DNA of 34,792 bases from Gemmatimonadota bacterium (lineage in GTDB: Bacteria; Gemmatimonadota; Gemmatimonadetes; Palauibacterales; KS3-K002). This document shows, piece by piece, positions 25,701-33,970 of the stretch. The notes beneath the pieces are model-generated. The model saw only the letters and a list, made by a program, of their open reading frames with translations, was not told the origin of the DNA and did not search any database. The position numbers and the translations under genes were made by a program. Every line of letters starts with the position of its first letter. Positions within the stretch are counted from its first letter, which is position 1. The stretch is from contig JBDHAL010000048.1 in NCBI GenBank assembly GCA_039588075.1, positions 1 through 34,792 of the forward strand, in the 5' to 3' direction.

Positions 25701-26257
25701 TGGTCCTGGCCGGGGATCCCGTGATCCTGCACCTCCAGCCAGTAGTTGCCATCGCCGAACAGCCGCGCGTGCCACTCCGCGGTGTTCTTCGCCTTCTCGT
25801 AGTGCTCCGCCCGGAGATGGAGCGCCAGTTCGCCCGACATGCAGGCTGACAGACAGAGCAGGCCCTTCGCGTGCTCTTCGAGGAGCTTGTGGTCGATGCG
25901 GGGCCGCCGGTAAAAACCTTCCGTCTGCCCGATCGAAACCAGCTTCACGAGATTGCGGTAGCCCTCCATGTCCCGGGCCAGCAGAACCAGGTGCGCGTTG
26001 TCCTTTGGCGCGTCGGCCGGCCTCTCTTTCGACCGGTGGTCGCCGAACGCGACGTAGGCCTCGCAACCGATGATCGGCTTGATCCCGCAGGCCCGTGCCG
26101 ACTCGTAGAACCGGCGCGCCCCGTGCAGGTTACCGTGGTCGGTGATCGCCAACGCCGGCATCCCGAGCGCCTCGGCTCGACCCACCAGCGCGTCCAGTTT
26201 GTTTGCCCCGTCGAGAAGGGAAAACTCGCTATGCGTGTGGAGATGGACGAACGACAT
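22772..26257 (-). CDS. dnaE: DNA polymerase III alpha subunit
   Basis: The PHP domain starts at MSFVHLHTHSEFSLLDGA...ALAITDHGNLHGARRFYE. The palm, fingers and OB domains follow, giving about 1161 aa. ATG 26257 overlaps the stop of the upstream lipoprotein gene. The track's 290-aa Arg-rich N-extension is rejected. Confidence 0.95.
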   Translation of the reverse strand: MSFVHLHTHSEFSLLDGANKLDALVGRAEALGMPALAITDHGNLHGARRFYESARACGIKPIIGCEAYVAFGDHRSKERPADAPKDNAHLVLLARDMEGYRNLVKLVSIGQTEGFYRRPRIDHKLLEEHAKGLLCLSACMSGELALHLRAEHYEKAKNTAEWHARLFGDGNYWLEVQDHGIPGQDQVRQGVYQIAEELGLPVLATNDAHYLRREDADAHDILLCIGTGKDRDDPRRLRFHGQESYFKSLEEMQVMFGDRPEVLANTMQVAERCNVEFEDKVYLPEFPRPEGSGSEDQLLRELSERGAVERYGDPLPEAVRERLDYELDVITRCGYSGYFLIVWDFIRAAREAGVPVGPGRGSAAGSLVAYALRITDIDPLRFGLLFERFLNPDRISMPDIDVDFCYERRAEVIDYVRSKYGSDSVGQIVTFGTMQSRAVIRDVGRTLGFTPAETDKVAKLIPNAPGYSLSVEEAVKRVEELGTLYKEEPRYKELLDYASTLEGLSRHTSVHAAGVVIAPGPLADYVPVMTATTRGSGAESENGEMVITQYDMVSLEKAGMLKFDFLGLRTLTVISDAAEMIKERHGVEIDWDEIGFDDEKVYEMLAGGATSGVFQFESSLATEKLRAMRCDRFDDLIAVNALIRPGPLDSGMTDVYIKRKRGREAVSYPHETLAEVLEATYGVITYQEQVMRAANVMAGFSLAEADVLRKAVGKKDPVLIRQEMDRFIERSQERGVRKRDAEHIASLLETFGRYGFNKAHAAAYAVLSYRTAWLKRHYPAEFMAALLTSEIGNTDNVVGYINESRHLELEVLAPHVNESGYKFTVVSDSSIRFGLGAIRGVGRSAIDSIISARKQDGPFTSLFDFCSRIDLRLNNKRVIEALIGAGAIDGFGARAALAEGVETTLREAQLRQRERESGQQSLFGGDETQEGPSEPPLPQVAEWTEEEKLAREKELVGFFVSGHPLDEHRDLVDLYAGRANTRSLAERRDQKVEIACVVTEINRRISRKDGSEWGRLVFEDYQGTATALAFRDVWAKHRDLEPGVPVLLRGSVSGRERDDSDPPLFLDDMVPLGEVYGSGRVAVCLELDASDELSGDRLEQAIQIARSHPGPAALHVMLRNGGAEPSRLRSRALRIAPVPDVLAELRTVLGQEKVRLVEVRG

Positions 26258-27273
26258 CAGATGCAACGGAACGTGCTCAGCAGGACCTCCAATTGCCGCA
26301 GGTAGGGATACTTGTCCGTCCCCGGGGCATACAGCCACACGTCTATATAATAAGTACGGTCTTGCTCCGGGCAGGCGATCGCTTGGAGAATGAACGGACC
26401 GGCGGCGGGAAAGTCGGAGCGGTCGCGCCAGACGCCGCGCACCTCCAGGGCCGCCAGGCCGCCGACCATCACGCTGTCGGAGCGAATGTTGTCCTGCGTG
26501 ATATCCTGGGGCGGATCGTAGAGCGAATCGTCGATGATCTCGCGCCAGGCGAGCAAGTCCTCCGGCGTCACCGGCTCTGTGCCGCTCCGCCATGTCAGTA
26601 CGAGCGAGCGGAGCAGGTCGGTGTCGCCCATCTGGTAAGGGTTGGCGAGCCGGAAGAGCGAGTCCGCGCCGAGGTGCAGGTAGACGTTTGGCACCTGCAG
26701 GGTGAAGCCGTATTCCGCCATGGCGTCGCTCAGCGAGTCGTTCACGCCTGTGGTGTACATCCGCTCGATGACGTACGCCTCGTATTGGCCATCGAGTAAG
26801 GCGCGCAGGTCTGAAAGCAGCGCACGCACGGCGGCCGCCTGGCCGTCCGCCGGCAGCAGTAGCACGGTAACCGTCTGGCCCCGGGCCCACTTGTCGGCCG
26901 TCTGGACGATGGCCGGCGGCGTCGCGTTCGGATCGTCGGAACCGCTCACCAGGTCGGCGACGACCTCGTCTTCGCGGGTGCCGAAGACGATGAGCTGCCG
27001 CCATTGGCGCATCTGACGCCACAGCGTGTCGTCGGAGGCGACGAACGTCACATTGAACAGCCGTTCGGGCCGGGTCGTGAAGACCCTCTCCTCCAGCGTT
27101 CCCATGACCGCCGAATCGATTTCCGCCCACAGCCAGGCCTCCGCCGCGACGATGAGGCTGTGTTGGTCGCCGAACGGCTGCGGCGCTTTGCAGCCCGACG
27201 ACGACAGAAACACCATGGTTATGATTGAAATGGATGCCGGTAAGCGGAGTCGGTGGATCATCGTTCCAAACAT
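26257..27273 (-). CDS. Lipoprotein of unknown function, possibly DUF4837-like
   Basis: Signal peptide with lipobox IITMVFLSSSGC|K. The DUF4837 assignment is from memory of composition and size and is unverified. Confidence 0.55.
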   Translation of the reverse strand: MFGTMIHRLRLPASISIITMVFLSSSGCKAPQPFGDQHSLIVAAEAWLWAEIDSAVMGTLEERVFTTRPERLFNVTFVASDDTLWRQMRQWRQLIVFGTREDEVVADLVSGSDDPNATPPAIVQTADKWARGQTVTVLLLPADGQAAAVRALLSDLRALLDGQYEAYVIERMYTTGVNDSLSDAMAEYGFTLQVPNVYLHLGADSLFRLANPYQMGDTDLLRSLVLTWRSGTEPVTPEDLLAWREIIDDSLYDPPQDITQDNIRSDSVMVGGLAALEVRGVWRDRSDFPAAGPFILQAIACPEQDRTYYIDVWLYAPGTDKYPYLRQLEVLLSTFRCI

Positions 27274-27283
27274 ATCACGGCCT

Positions 27284-27985
27284 TCAGTCGTCGGACAGGT
27301 CGGTCATCCACCTGCCTTTGAGATACTCGACGCGACGCGGCTCTTCGATCTCCGCCACCCGGTTCACCAGCGACTGGATCCGCTGCGCCAGGGCGCGCAG
27401 GCTCGCCACGCTCTCCCGTTGATCCGCCGGCAACGTCCCGGCCTCCTCGGCCAGCAAGTCGGTCTCCGCCACCAGCGCCGCCAGCGGATTGTGGATCTCG
27501 TGCTTCAGCGCCACCGCCAGCTCGCTGGTCGCCGCCGCCCGCTCCGCCACCACGCGTCGCCGGTACTCCAGGCGCAGCAGCTCCGTCAGCCCGGCGATCG
27601 CCACGCCCAGCACCACGATCGCTAGGAACACCGTCGCCGCGAAAACCAGGCGGTCGCCGGCGAACGCGTTCGGCCCGTGGACCAACCGCTCAACCGCCGC
27701 GAACAGAACCAGCGCGATGAACAGCGACGCCGCGGCGCCCCGCGCCCCCCAGTAGAACGCCAGTACGATCGTTGGGATCAGCATGGCGGCCCAGAGGACT
27801 TCCATGCTTGGCCAGCCCAACGCGCCCAACAGAATCGAGTGCAGGCCCGCTGCCGCATACATCAGGCTGGACAAAACCAGGATCCCGCGCGGGCGGGTGA
27901 GTAGGGTCGAGACTTCGGTGAGTACCTGTAGACGCATGGTGGCCACAATATCGCCGGGGACCCCGGACCGAGCAACCGAAAACAA
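27284..27985 (-). CDS. Membrane protein with a HisKA (DHp) phosphoacceptor domain but no HATPase_c domain; alternative start at 27937
   Basis: Four to five transmembrane helices, then ELAVALKHEIHNPLAALVAETDLL (H-box). The ORF ends 10 nt before the next gene, leaving no room for a catalytic domain. Confidence 0.65.
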   Translation of the reverse strand: MFSVARSGVPGDIVATMRLQVLTEVSTLLTRPRGILVLSSLMYAAAGLHSILLGALGWPSMEVLWAAMLIPTIVLAFYWGARGAAASLFIALVLFAAVERLVHGPNAFAGDRLVFAATVFLAIVVLGVAIAGLTELLRLEYRRRVVAERAAATSELAVALKHEIHNPLAALVAETDLLAEEAGTLPADQRESVASLRALAQRIQSLVNRVAEIEEPRRVEYLKGRWMTDLSDD

Positions 27986-28118
27986 GTTCTTGACAACTCT
28001 CGCGACGTCTATTATTCAGCGGGCATGGGCTTCGTGTGGCCGACACACGGGCTCCGGAACCTGAACCTGGACGGTTCTTAGTCACGATCTTCGTCAGTGA
28101 TTTTTCAGGAGGGAGGAG
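27986..28118 (+). promoter_or_regulatory. Candidate promoter and 5' leader for the acidic ORF / M28 peptidase transcription unit
   Basis: cTTGACAactctcgcgacgtcTATTATtcagc is sigma-70-like, but the spacer is only about 14-15 nt. Assigned by inspection only. Confidence 0.3.
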
Positions 28119-28352
28119 ATGAGCACGAGGCAGGGTCGTCCGTTCGGTGATGACGACAAGTACGAAGCACGTATTGAGGAGGAGTACAAGGCCGACGAGT
28201 TCGAGGACGAGTACTCCGGCGAGGAAGTCGAGTTCAAGGACGAGTTCGGGGATGAAGACGAAGACGAGTGGGACGAGGAGTACGAAGACGACGAGAGCGG
28301 CGACGATAGCGAAAGTATTCCGCGCCGCCGCCGCCGCGACGAGTGGGAGTAG
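28119..28352 (+). CDS. Small, strongly acidic (D/E-rich) protein of 77 aa
   Basis: A perfect AGGAGG box (AGGAGGGAGGAG) lies 6 nt before ATG 28119. GC3-rich codons (gag/gac/tac/ttc/aag) are typical of this genome, whereas the overlapping frame is rich in agt/agg/acg. Sequence: ...EEYKADEFEDEYSGEEVEFKDEFGDEDEDEWDEEYEDDESGDDSESIPRRRRRDEWE. Confidence 0.5.
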   Translation: MSTRQGRPFGDDDKYEARIEEEYKADEFEDEYSGEEVEFKDEFGDEDEDEWDEEYEDDESGDDSESIPRRRRRDEWE

Positions 28353-29751
28353 CGGTCGTACCGTCGTCATCGCCGTTGTTTCCACTCTCTGCTTGGCCGC
28401 GATCCCCGCCCGGGCGCGCGCCCAGGCGATCGCCGCGGATCCCACCAACGACATAGTCGCCCGCGCCATCGAAGCGCCTGAGCTTGCGGCCATGGCCGCC
28501 GGCCTCATCGACACCATCGGTGGCCGGCTGTCCGGAACGCCGGCCGGCACCCGTGCCGAGGCCTGGGCCGCTCAGTGGTTGCGCGGCATCGGACTCGACT
28601 CCGTATGGTACGAGGTCGTACGCATCCCCGCCTGGCGGCGCGGGCCCGTCGAGTTGCACGTGACGACGCCGGCCGCGCTCCGCCACCACCCCATCGCCGC
28701 GATCGCCTATGGTTACTCGCCCGGGATGTCCTCCGATTCGGTGCCGCTCTTCGACATCGGTCGGGGTGACACCACTGCCATAACGGCGCTTGGCGACGCG
28801 GCCCGGGGCGCCGCCCTGCTATCCGACGTGGTCAGTCCAGAGATCGTCACCGCGGCGACCGAGGCAGGCGCTGCGGCCCTCCTGCGGATCACTTTCCAGC
28901 CCGGCCGCCTGCCACAGGCGCGGGTGGTGCCCATGCCCACCGGCGCGCCACCGGCCCCGCTGACGGTGATGGCTCTCTCCCACGAGGACGGCCTCTGGCT
29001 GCGACGCCAGCGCGCCGGCGGCCCCATCATCATGGGCATACACGTCCAGACCGAGACCCGGCCCGGCACCGTGCTCAACGTGGTAGGCGAATTGTGGGGG
29101 AGCGATCCGTCCGTCGACGGCGAGGTCTTCCTGCTGGGTGCCCACCTCGACTCTTGGGACCTAGGCGACGGCGCCATCGACAACGGCACCGGTGTGCTGG
29201 CGGTGATGACGGCGACGGCGGCCCTCGCCGCGGCGCCGGCCCGCCCGCGCCGCACCATCCGCGTCGTCCTCTTCGCCGGCGAGGAGTTGGGTCTGCTCGG
29301 CTCCAAGGAATATGTGACCGTGCACGAGGCGGAGCTGCCGAACCTCGTCGCCATGATGAACCTCGACATGGTGGGCGCGCCCCAGGGCTACGGCGCCACC
29401 GGTCACTCCGAGGCCGACACGCTCTTCGCGCGGCTGGCTCAAACGCCGGCCCTCCGCGACCTCGGCGTCACCACCGAGGTCAACCACGGCGGCGGCCCCG
29501 GCAGCGACCACCAGCTTTTCCTGCTCGCCGGAGTTCCCACCATATATGTACAGAGTTCGCTGCCGCCCGAGACGCCGCGCTGGTATCACAACGCCGGCGA
29601 CACCCTCGACAAGATCGACCTCGAGGCGGTGAAGGGGACCGCCGCCGCCGTCGCCGCCGCCGCCTGGGCGCTCGCCGACCACCCGGGCCGGCCCCTCCAG
29701 TTCCTGTCGCCCGAGGAGACCCTCGCACTCATCCAGCGTCTCGGCTGGTGA
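28252..29751 (+). CDS. M28-family zinc aminopeptidase with a signal peptide. The true start is unresolved. ATG 28252 lies inside the acidic ORF in another frame. The mature domain begins around 28354
   Basis: Signal peptide RTVVIAVVSTLCLAAIPARARAQA. Zinc-ligand motifs HLDSWDLGDGAIDNGTG, FAGEELGLLGS, MMNLDMVG, HQLFLLAGVP. No canonical start codon lies in frame between 28353 and the hydrophobic core. Confidence 0.8.
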   Translation: MKTKTSGTRSTKTTRAATIAKVFRAAAAATSGSSGRTVVIAVVSTLCLAAIPARARAQAIAADPTNDIVARAIEAPELAAMAAGLIDTIGGRLSGTPAGTRAEAWAAQWLRGIGLDSVWYEVVRIPAWRRGPVELHVTTPAALRHHPIAAIAYGYSPGMSSDSVPLFDIGRGDTTAITALGDAARGAALLSDVVSPEIVTAATEAGAAALLRITFQPGRLPQARVVPMPTGAPPAPLTVMALSHEDGLWLRRQRAGGPIIMGIHVQTETRPGTVLNVVGELWGSDPSVDGEVFLLGAHLDSWDLGDGAIDNGTGVLAVMTATAALAAAPARPRRTIRVVLFAGEELGLLGSKEYVTVHEAELPNLVAMMNLDMVGAPQGYGATGHSEADTLFARLAQTPALRDLGVTTEVNHGGGPGSDHQLFLLAGVPTIYVQSSLPPETPRWYHNAGDTLDKIDLEAVKGTAAAVAAAAWALADHPGRPLQFLSPEETLALIQRLGW

Positions 29752-29848
29752 GTTTCAGGGCTAGCAGTCGTCGCGGCCCCGGATATATTGCTGGCCCCAG
29801 CTGCGTCTTGACCGACGCGCCCCGCGCCGGTAGCGTGAAGGATGAGCC

Positions 29849-29922
<74 letters not shown>

Positions 29923-29954
29923 TTTCCCGACTGACAATCCATAGTCTATTCTCC

Positions 29955-30047
29955 GCTAAGCGTGAGGTCGGTGGGCTTCGCGCCGCACGGCGGCGCTCAG
30001 TATGAAGGCGCGCGTGGCACGCCTTCACGACGAGTCCACCCAGGCCC
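29955..30047 (+). repeat. Partial direct repeat of the tRNA-Ile 3' half (anticodon stem to acceptor end), interrupted by a 56-nt insert in the T-loop position (degenerate att site)
   Basis: gctaagcgtgaggtcggtgg[gcttcgcgccgcacggcggcgctcagtatgaaggcgcgcgtggcacgccttcacgac]gagtccacccaggccca. The insert folds into two hairpins (gcgccgc/gcggcgc and tgaaggcg/cgccttca). Confidence 0.8.
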
Positions 30048-30293
30048 ATCCTTCAGAAAGGCAACCCCGCTTGGCGTTACCAGGTTGGGCGGGGCTTCCT
30101 TTCGCTCGAGGTCGGCGGATATATCCGAGGCTGTCACGACGAGTTTGAACCGATCGAGGTCTAAGTACAACAGAGCCGCAGGGGACTCCTCGCGCCGTTG
30201 CGTGCGCGCGATCCATCGCTCGACGAGATTGAGAAAGAAACGCTCGGTTCGGCAGGTCCGTCAGCGGGACGTAGAGGCGTCCTGCTCAAGTTG

Positions 30294-31058
30294 CTACTCG
30301 ACAACCTTGCGGTGCGTGATGTCCTCCAGGGTCCCTTCGTAGTACAGCACCCGCCCCTCAGGATCCTCTACGGCCCGAGCGCTGCTCCGCACCCAGATGA
30401 GCGTTCCGTCACGCCGGCGAAATCGGACGTCGATGTCACGAGCAACACCTTGGCGGTCGATCAGGGCCTGCCACCGCCGACGCTCTTCCGGGTCCGCATA
30501 AAGGTCGGCGGCGCTGACTGCCTGCAGCTCCCGCTGGTCCACGAAGCCGAGCATGCGCACCAGCGCCGGGTTGGCGTCGAGAATCTGCCCCGAGGGAGTC
30601 ATTCGGTAGAGCCCCATGGGAACCCGGTCAAACAGGTCCCGGTAGCGGGCCTCGGCTTCTCGGGCCCTGCGGCGCGACCGGGCTCGGTCAAGGGCCAAAA
30701 GCGCCGCCGTCGGCAGCCGGCGAAAATGTTTCGGTGACTTAAGGACGTAGTCGTCCAGGCCCGCTTTCATCCCCTCCACCGCGATCTCCTCGTTCCCCGT
30801 GCCAGTGAACATGATCACGGGGCACCCGGGATATCGTTCCTTGACGGTATGCAAAACCGTCAGGCCGTCGGTCCAGCGCAGCTGGTAATCGGTGATCACC
30901 AGGTCGAAGTTGCCCCGCTTCAGTGCCCGGGCCAAGCCTTTTGCCTCGGTGACCTCCTCGGCGCGGAGGGCGCTGAACTCCCGGTCCAGTTCACGGATAA
31001 CCAGGGTGCGGTCGTCGGGGTTGTCGTCGACCAGAAGGAGATTCAGAGTGCGGCTCAT
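30294..31058 (-). CDS. Response regulator: receiver (REC) plus PAS domain, with no recognisable output domain
   Basis: LLLVDDNPDDRTLVIREL...DLVITDYQLRWTDG...LKSP are receiver-domain motifs. A PAS-like C-terminal half follows (YRDLFDRVPMGLYRMTPSGQILDAN...). Confidence 0.8.
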   Translation of the reverse strand: MSRTLNLLLVDDNPDDRTLVIRELDREFSALRAEEVTEAKGLARALKRGNFDLVITDYQLRWTDGLTVLHTVKERYPGCPVIMFTGTGNEEIAVEGMKAGLDDYVLKSPKHFRRLPTAALLALDRARSRRRAREAEARYRDLFDRVPMGLYRMTPSGQILDANPALVRMLGFVDQRELQAVSAADLYADPEERRRWQALIDRQGVARDIDVRFRRRDGTLIWVRSSARAVEDPEGRVLYYEGTLEDITHRKVVE

Positions 31059-31089
31059 CGTTCCTCAGCCTCTATGTCCCTCGCTGCTC

Positions 31090-31533
31090 TCAGACATTCG
31101 GTATCTCGTTTAGGATGAACCAGTACAGGTCGAGTGCCTTGACCATCTCTACCAAGCCAGTGGCGGTCACGGGCTTGACCAGATAGGAGTTGACTCCGAG
31201 GTCGTAGGCCTTGTCGACGTCTTTCGTCTCTTTGGAGCCGGTCAGCACGACGACCGGCAGGCGCTTCAGTCTAGGCTGTTGCCGCAGCCACTCGAGCACT
31301 TCGAAGCCCGACTTACGGGGCAGCTTCAGGTCCAGCAACATCAGCACGGGCAGTGGGGAGCGCTCTCGATCGGCATAGGGACCCTGACCGGACAGATAGG
31401 CGACCGCTTCGTCCCCATCTTCCACCACCTGAAGGGGATTGGCCAGCTTGGCCTTGCTAAAAGCCCGCTGGATCAGGAGGACGTCGTTGGAATCGTCCTC
31501 CACAAGCAAGATCGTCTCAGCCTGCGGAATCAT
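31090..31533 (-). CDS. Single-domain CheY-like response regulator
   Basis: ILLVEDDSNDVLLIQRAF...LPVLMLLDLKLPRKSGFEVLEWLR...PVVVLTGSKETKDVDKAYDLGVNSYLVKP. Its ATGA overlap with the upstream histidine kinase stop indicates coupling. Confidence 0.85.
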   Translation of the reverse strand: MIPQAETILLVEDDSNDVLLIQRAFSKAKLANPLQVVEDGDEAVAYLSGQGPYADRERSPLPVLMLLDLKLPRKSGFEVLEWLRQQPRLKRLPVVVLTGSKETKDVDKAYDLGVNSYLVKPVTATGLVEMVKALDLYWFILNEIPNV

Positions 31534-33173
31534 CTTTCCCCGTCCTCTTTGCGTACGTCTAACCAGAACTTGCTGCCCTCGCCAGGCGCGGATTCAACGC
31601 CGACGCGCCCGCCGAGGCGATCCGCCCCTTTGCGCACGATGGCCAGTCCGATCCCTGTGCCGGGGTAGGTCTCAATTCCGTGCAACCGCTCGAAGACTCG
31701 GAAGATCCGTTCATGATGGTCTGTAGCGATGCCGAGGCCATTGTCTTCCACCCAGAGGCGTATCCACCGGCCTCGCGGCTCTGCCCACACTCGCACCCGG
31801 GGCTTTACCCCTGGAGCCACAAACTTCACTGCATTGGAGAGAAGGTTCTCCACCATCCGCACCAGCGTGGCGTGGTGGCCACGGACCCGCGGCAGCCGCT
31901 TTTCCAGATCTACTTGAGCCCCGCTTTCTAGGACTTCGGCCTGGACGTGCTCCAGGGCATCGGCCAACACGGAGTCGAGAGGGACCGCCCTGACGTGTAA
32001 ATCCGCGCGGCTCAAGCGGCCGTATTCCAAAAGATCCTGGATCAAAACCTCCATGTTCTCAGCGGACGCGACGATCCGCCGGGCGTACTGTTGACCCGTC
32101 GCATCTAAATGATCACGGTAGCCCTCCAGCAGGGCGTCGGCGAAGCCCTGCATGGCCCGCAGCGGAGCGCGAAGGTCATGAGAAACGCTGTAGGTGAAAG
32201 CCTCAAGTTCGGAGTTGGCCGCTTGGAGTTCAGCGGTGCGCTGCTTGAGATCCTCATTCATCCTGCGGATCTCCAACTCCGCCCGCTTGCGCGCGCTGAT
32301 GTCTCGAAGTGTCGACCTGCTATAGAGGACATTTCCCTGGTCATCGCGTACAACGGAGACGTTGAGGCTGACATCAATCTTGCTTTCGTCCTTCGTTTTC
32401 AATTGTAGCTCGGCATCATGGACTTCGCCGGTCTCCACGACGGACCGGAATGCAATTTTGACATCGTCCATGCAATCAGGATGATAGACAAGAGATAGGG
32501 GCTGACCGACTATTTCTTCCTTGGTGTAGCCAAGGGTCGTGGCTAGTGTCCGGTTGCATTGCAGAATCCGCTTGGCCTTAGCGTCGACGGAAACGAACAG
32601 GTCAGGCGCGTCGTCATAGAGGTCTTGATATCTTTTCTCTGATTCCTTCAGCGCGGCTTCCGCCCGCTTCTGCTCAGTGACTTCCCGCACCATGGCTATA
32701 ACTCCTCCGACCATCCCATGCAGCTTGAAGGGGAAATAGCTACACACCCAGTCTCTTTCCACCTCGGGAGCTGCCAGGGTTGTGCCGTGGATGTCAATAT
32801 CGATCACGGGCTCACCCGTCTCCATTATTCGTCGCAGTAGTGGCTCCAGCGTCTGCGCAACCTCAGGGATAACTTCGCGGACTGTGCGTCCTATAGTCTC
32901 CGACACAGGCCTGCCATTTATTGCTGCCAGACACGCGTTGATGCGAAAATACCGAAGATCCGTATCGAGCAAACAAAGGCCAAGGTCAGCCTGCTCGTAG
33001 ATTTGTTCGAGCTCGGCTACCTTCGCACCCGCCGTGTGAAGCGTTGAGTCTAAGGCCCCCGACCCCCCCGTGCGCCTTCTCCCCTGCTCTGCTTTCTGCT
33101 CTTGAGGAAGCTGCCGACGCAGAGATTCCAACTCCACAATGAGTTGCTTTTTCGTCTTGTTCTGGTCCTGCAC
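31530..33173 (-). CDS. PAS/PAC-domain sensor histidine kinase, cytoplasmic
   Basis: Two PAS-like modules. H-box FTYSVSHDLRAPLRAMQGF. HATPase_c N/G boxes LLSNAVKFVAPG...VEDNGLGIA...GTGIGLAIVRK. Confidence 0.9.
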   Translation of the reverse strand: MQDQNKTKKQLIVELESLRRQLPQEQKAEQGRRRTGGSGALDSTLHTAGAKVAELEQIYEQADLGLCLLDTDLRYFRINACLAAINGRPVSETIGRTVREVIPEVAQTLEPLLRRIMETGEPVIDIDIHGTTLAAPEVERDWVCSYFPFKLHGMVGGVIAMVREVTEQKRAEAALKESEKRYQDLYDDAPDLFVSVDAKAKRILQCNRTLATTLGYTKEEIVGQPLSLVYHPDCMDDVKIAFRSVVETGEVHDAELQLKTKDESKIDVSLNVSVVRDDQGNVLYSRSTLRDISARKRAELEIRRMNEDLKQRTAELQAANSELEAFTYSVSHDLRAPLRAMQGFADALLEGYRDHLDATGQQYARRIVASAENMEVLIQDLLEYGRLSRADLHVRAVPLDSVLADALEHVQAEVLESGAQVDLEKRLPRVRGHHATLVRMVENLLSNAVKFVAPGVKPRVRVWAEPRGRWIRLWVEDNGLGIATDHHERIFRVFERLHGIETYPGTGIGLAIVRKGADRLGGRVGVESAPGEGSKFWLDVRKEDGER

Positions 33174-33925
33174 CTTACGCCTCCGACTCTCGCAGCACCA
33201 TCAGCGACGCAGATGTGAGTAGTCCAAGGTCCGGGTGCATCCTACGGTAGGTGCGAGAGGGGCGGGACCGGGCTCGGGGCGAAGCTAAGCGCAATTCCAG
33301 GGAGTATCGGCCGCCCCCAGCTGCCTTGGCCATCACAGGGGCAGCTTTCGACAAACTGCCACAACTAAGACCTCTGAACCAGGGGACCTCCACACGCGGC
33401 CCGATCTCAGCCCATCTCATTTGCCACGAATATGCCGGGACTGTTGGGGGAGGTCAAGGACACGGCTGGAGACTCGTAATCCGTTCCCAATCCGCATCAT
33501 AACAGCTAGTGAGAAGGCTCCTTCGTCAAGGCCGACGTGGCGGTCCTCATTGGCGAGGACGAGCCGACCGCTGGTACTCTGGGTGCCCTGTTGGGCCTGC
33601 TGTTGGAACGCTCATGCCGTTTCCCGTCGGTTGTCGTCGGTTCCTGCCTCCCGCTGTCCGGTGACGCCCCGCGGTTTTCTCTGCTTCCTCCGCCTACGTC
33701 GGCTCCTGCCTGAAATGGGATGCGGCAGAGTGAATGCGTTCGCTGTGCTAACGCTTACACGCTGAGAACCGGGGACCGCGAGACATTTACCTTGGCGTTA
33801 ATGGTGTCGATTGTGGTGTCGATTGATCCCGGCAAATCACGACGTTTTTCGGACGAAATGCAGGCCAATCACGCAGTCTGTCTTGGAATCACGGCAAGAT
33901 GTCGGGATTTAAGTGATATGAGCGG

Positions 33926-33970
33926 CGCCTGATAAGCGTGAGGTCGGTGGTTCGAGTCCACCCAGGCCCA
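33926..33970 (+). repeat. Perfect 45-nt direct repeat of the tRNA-Ile 3' half (attR-like)
   Basis: cgcctgataagcgtgaggtcggtggttcgagtccacccaggccca is identical to 29878-29922. Confidence 0.85.

Larger units (their letters stand above)
29923..33970. mobile_element. Putative integrated islet or remnant at the tRNA-Ile 3' end, bounded by direct repeats of the tRNA 3' half. It carries a three-gene two-component module and no recognisable integrase
   Basis: Direct repeats at 29879-29922 (inside the tRNA), 29955-30047 and 33926-33970. The non-coding flanks (33174-33925 and 33971 onward) are visibly lower in GC than the genome. Confidence 0.45.

Noticed and set aside
26258-27130. N-terminal extension of about 290 aa on the dnaE ORF
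   Set aside because: It is Arg-rich and lies in a different frame from the well-formed lipoprotein gene 26257..27273, which it overlaps. The PHP domain begins at MSFVHLHTHSEF, with ATG at 26257.
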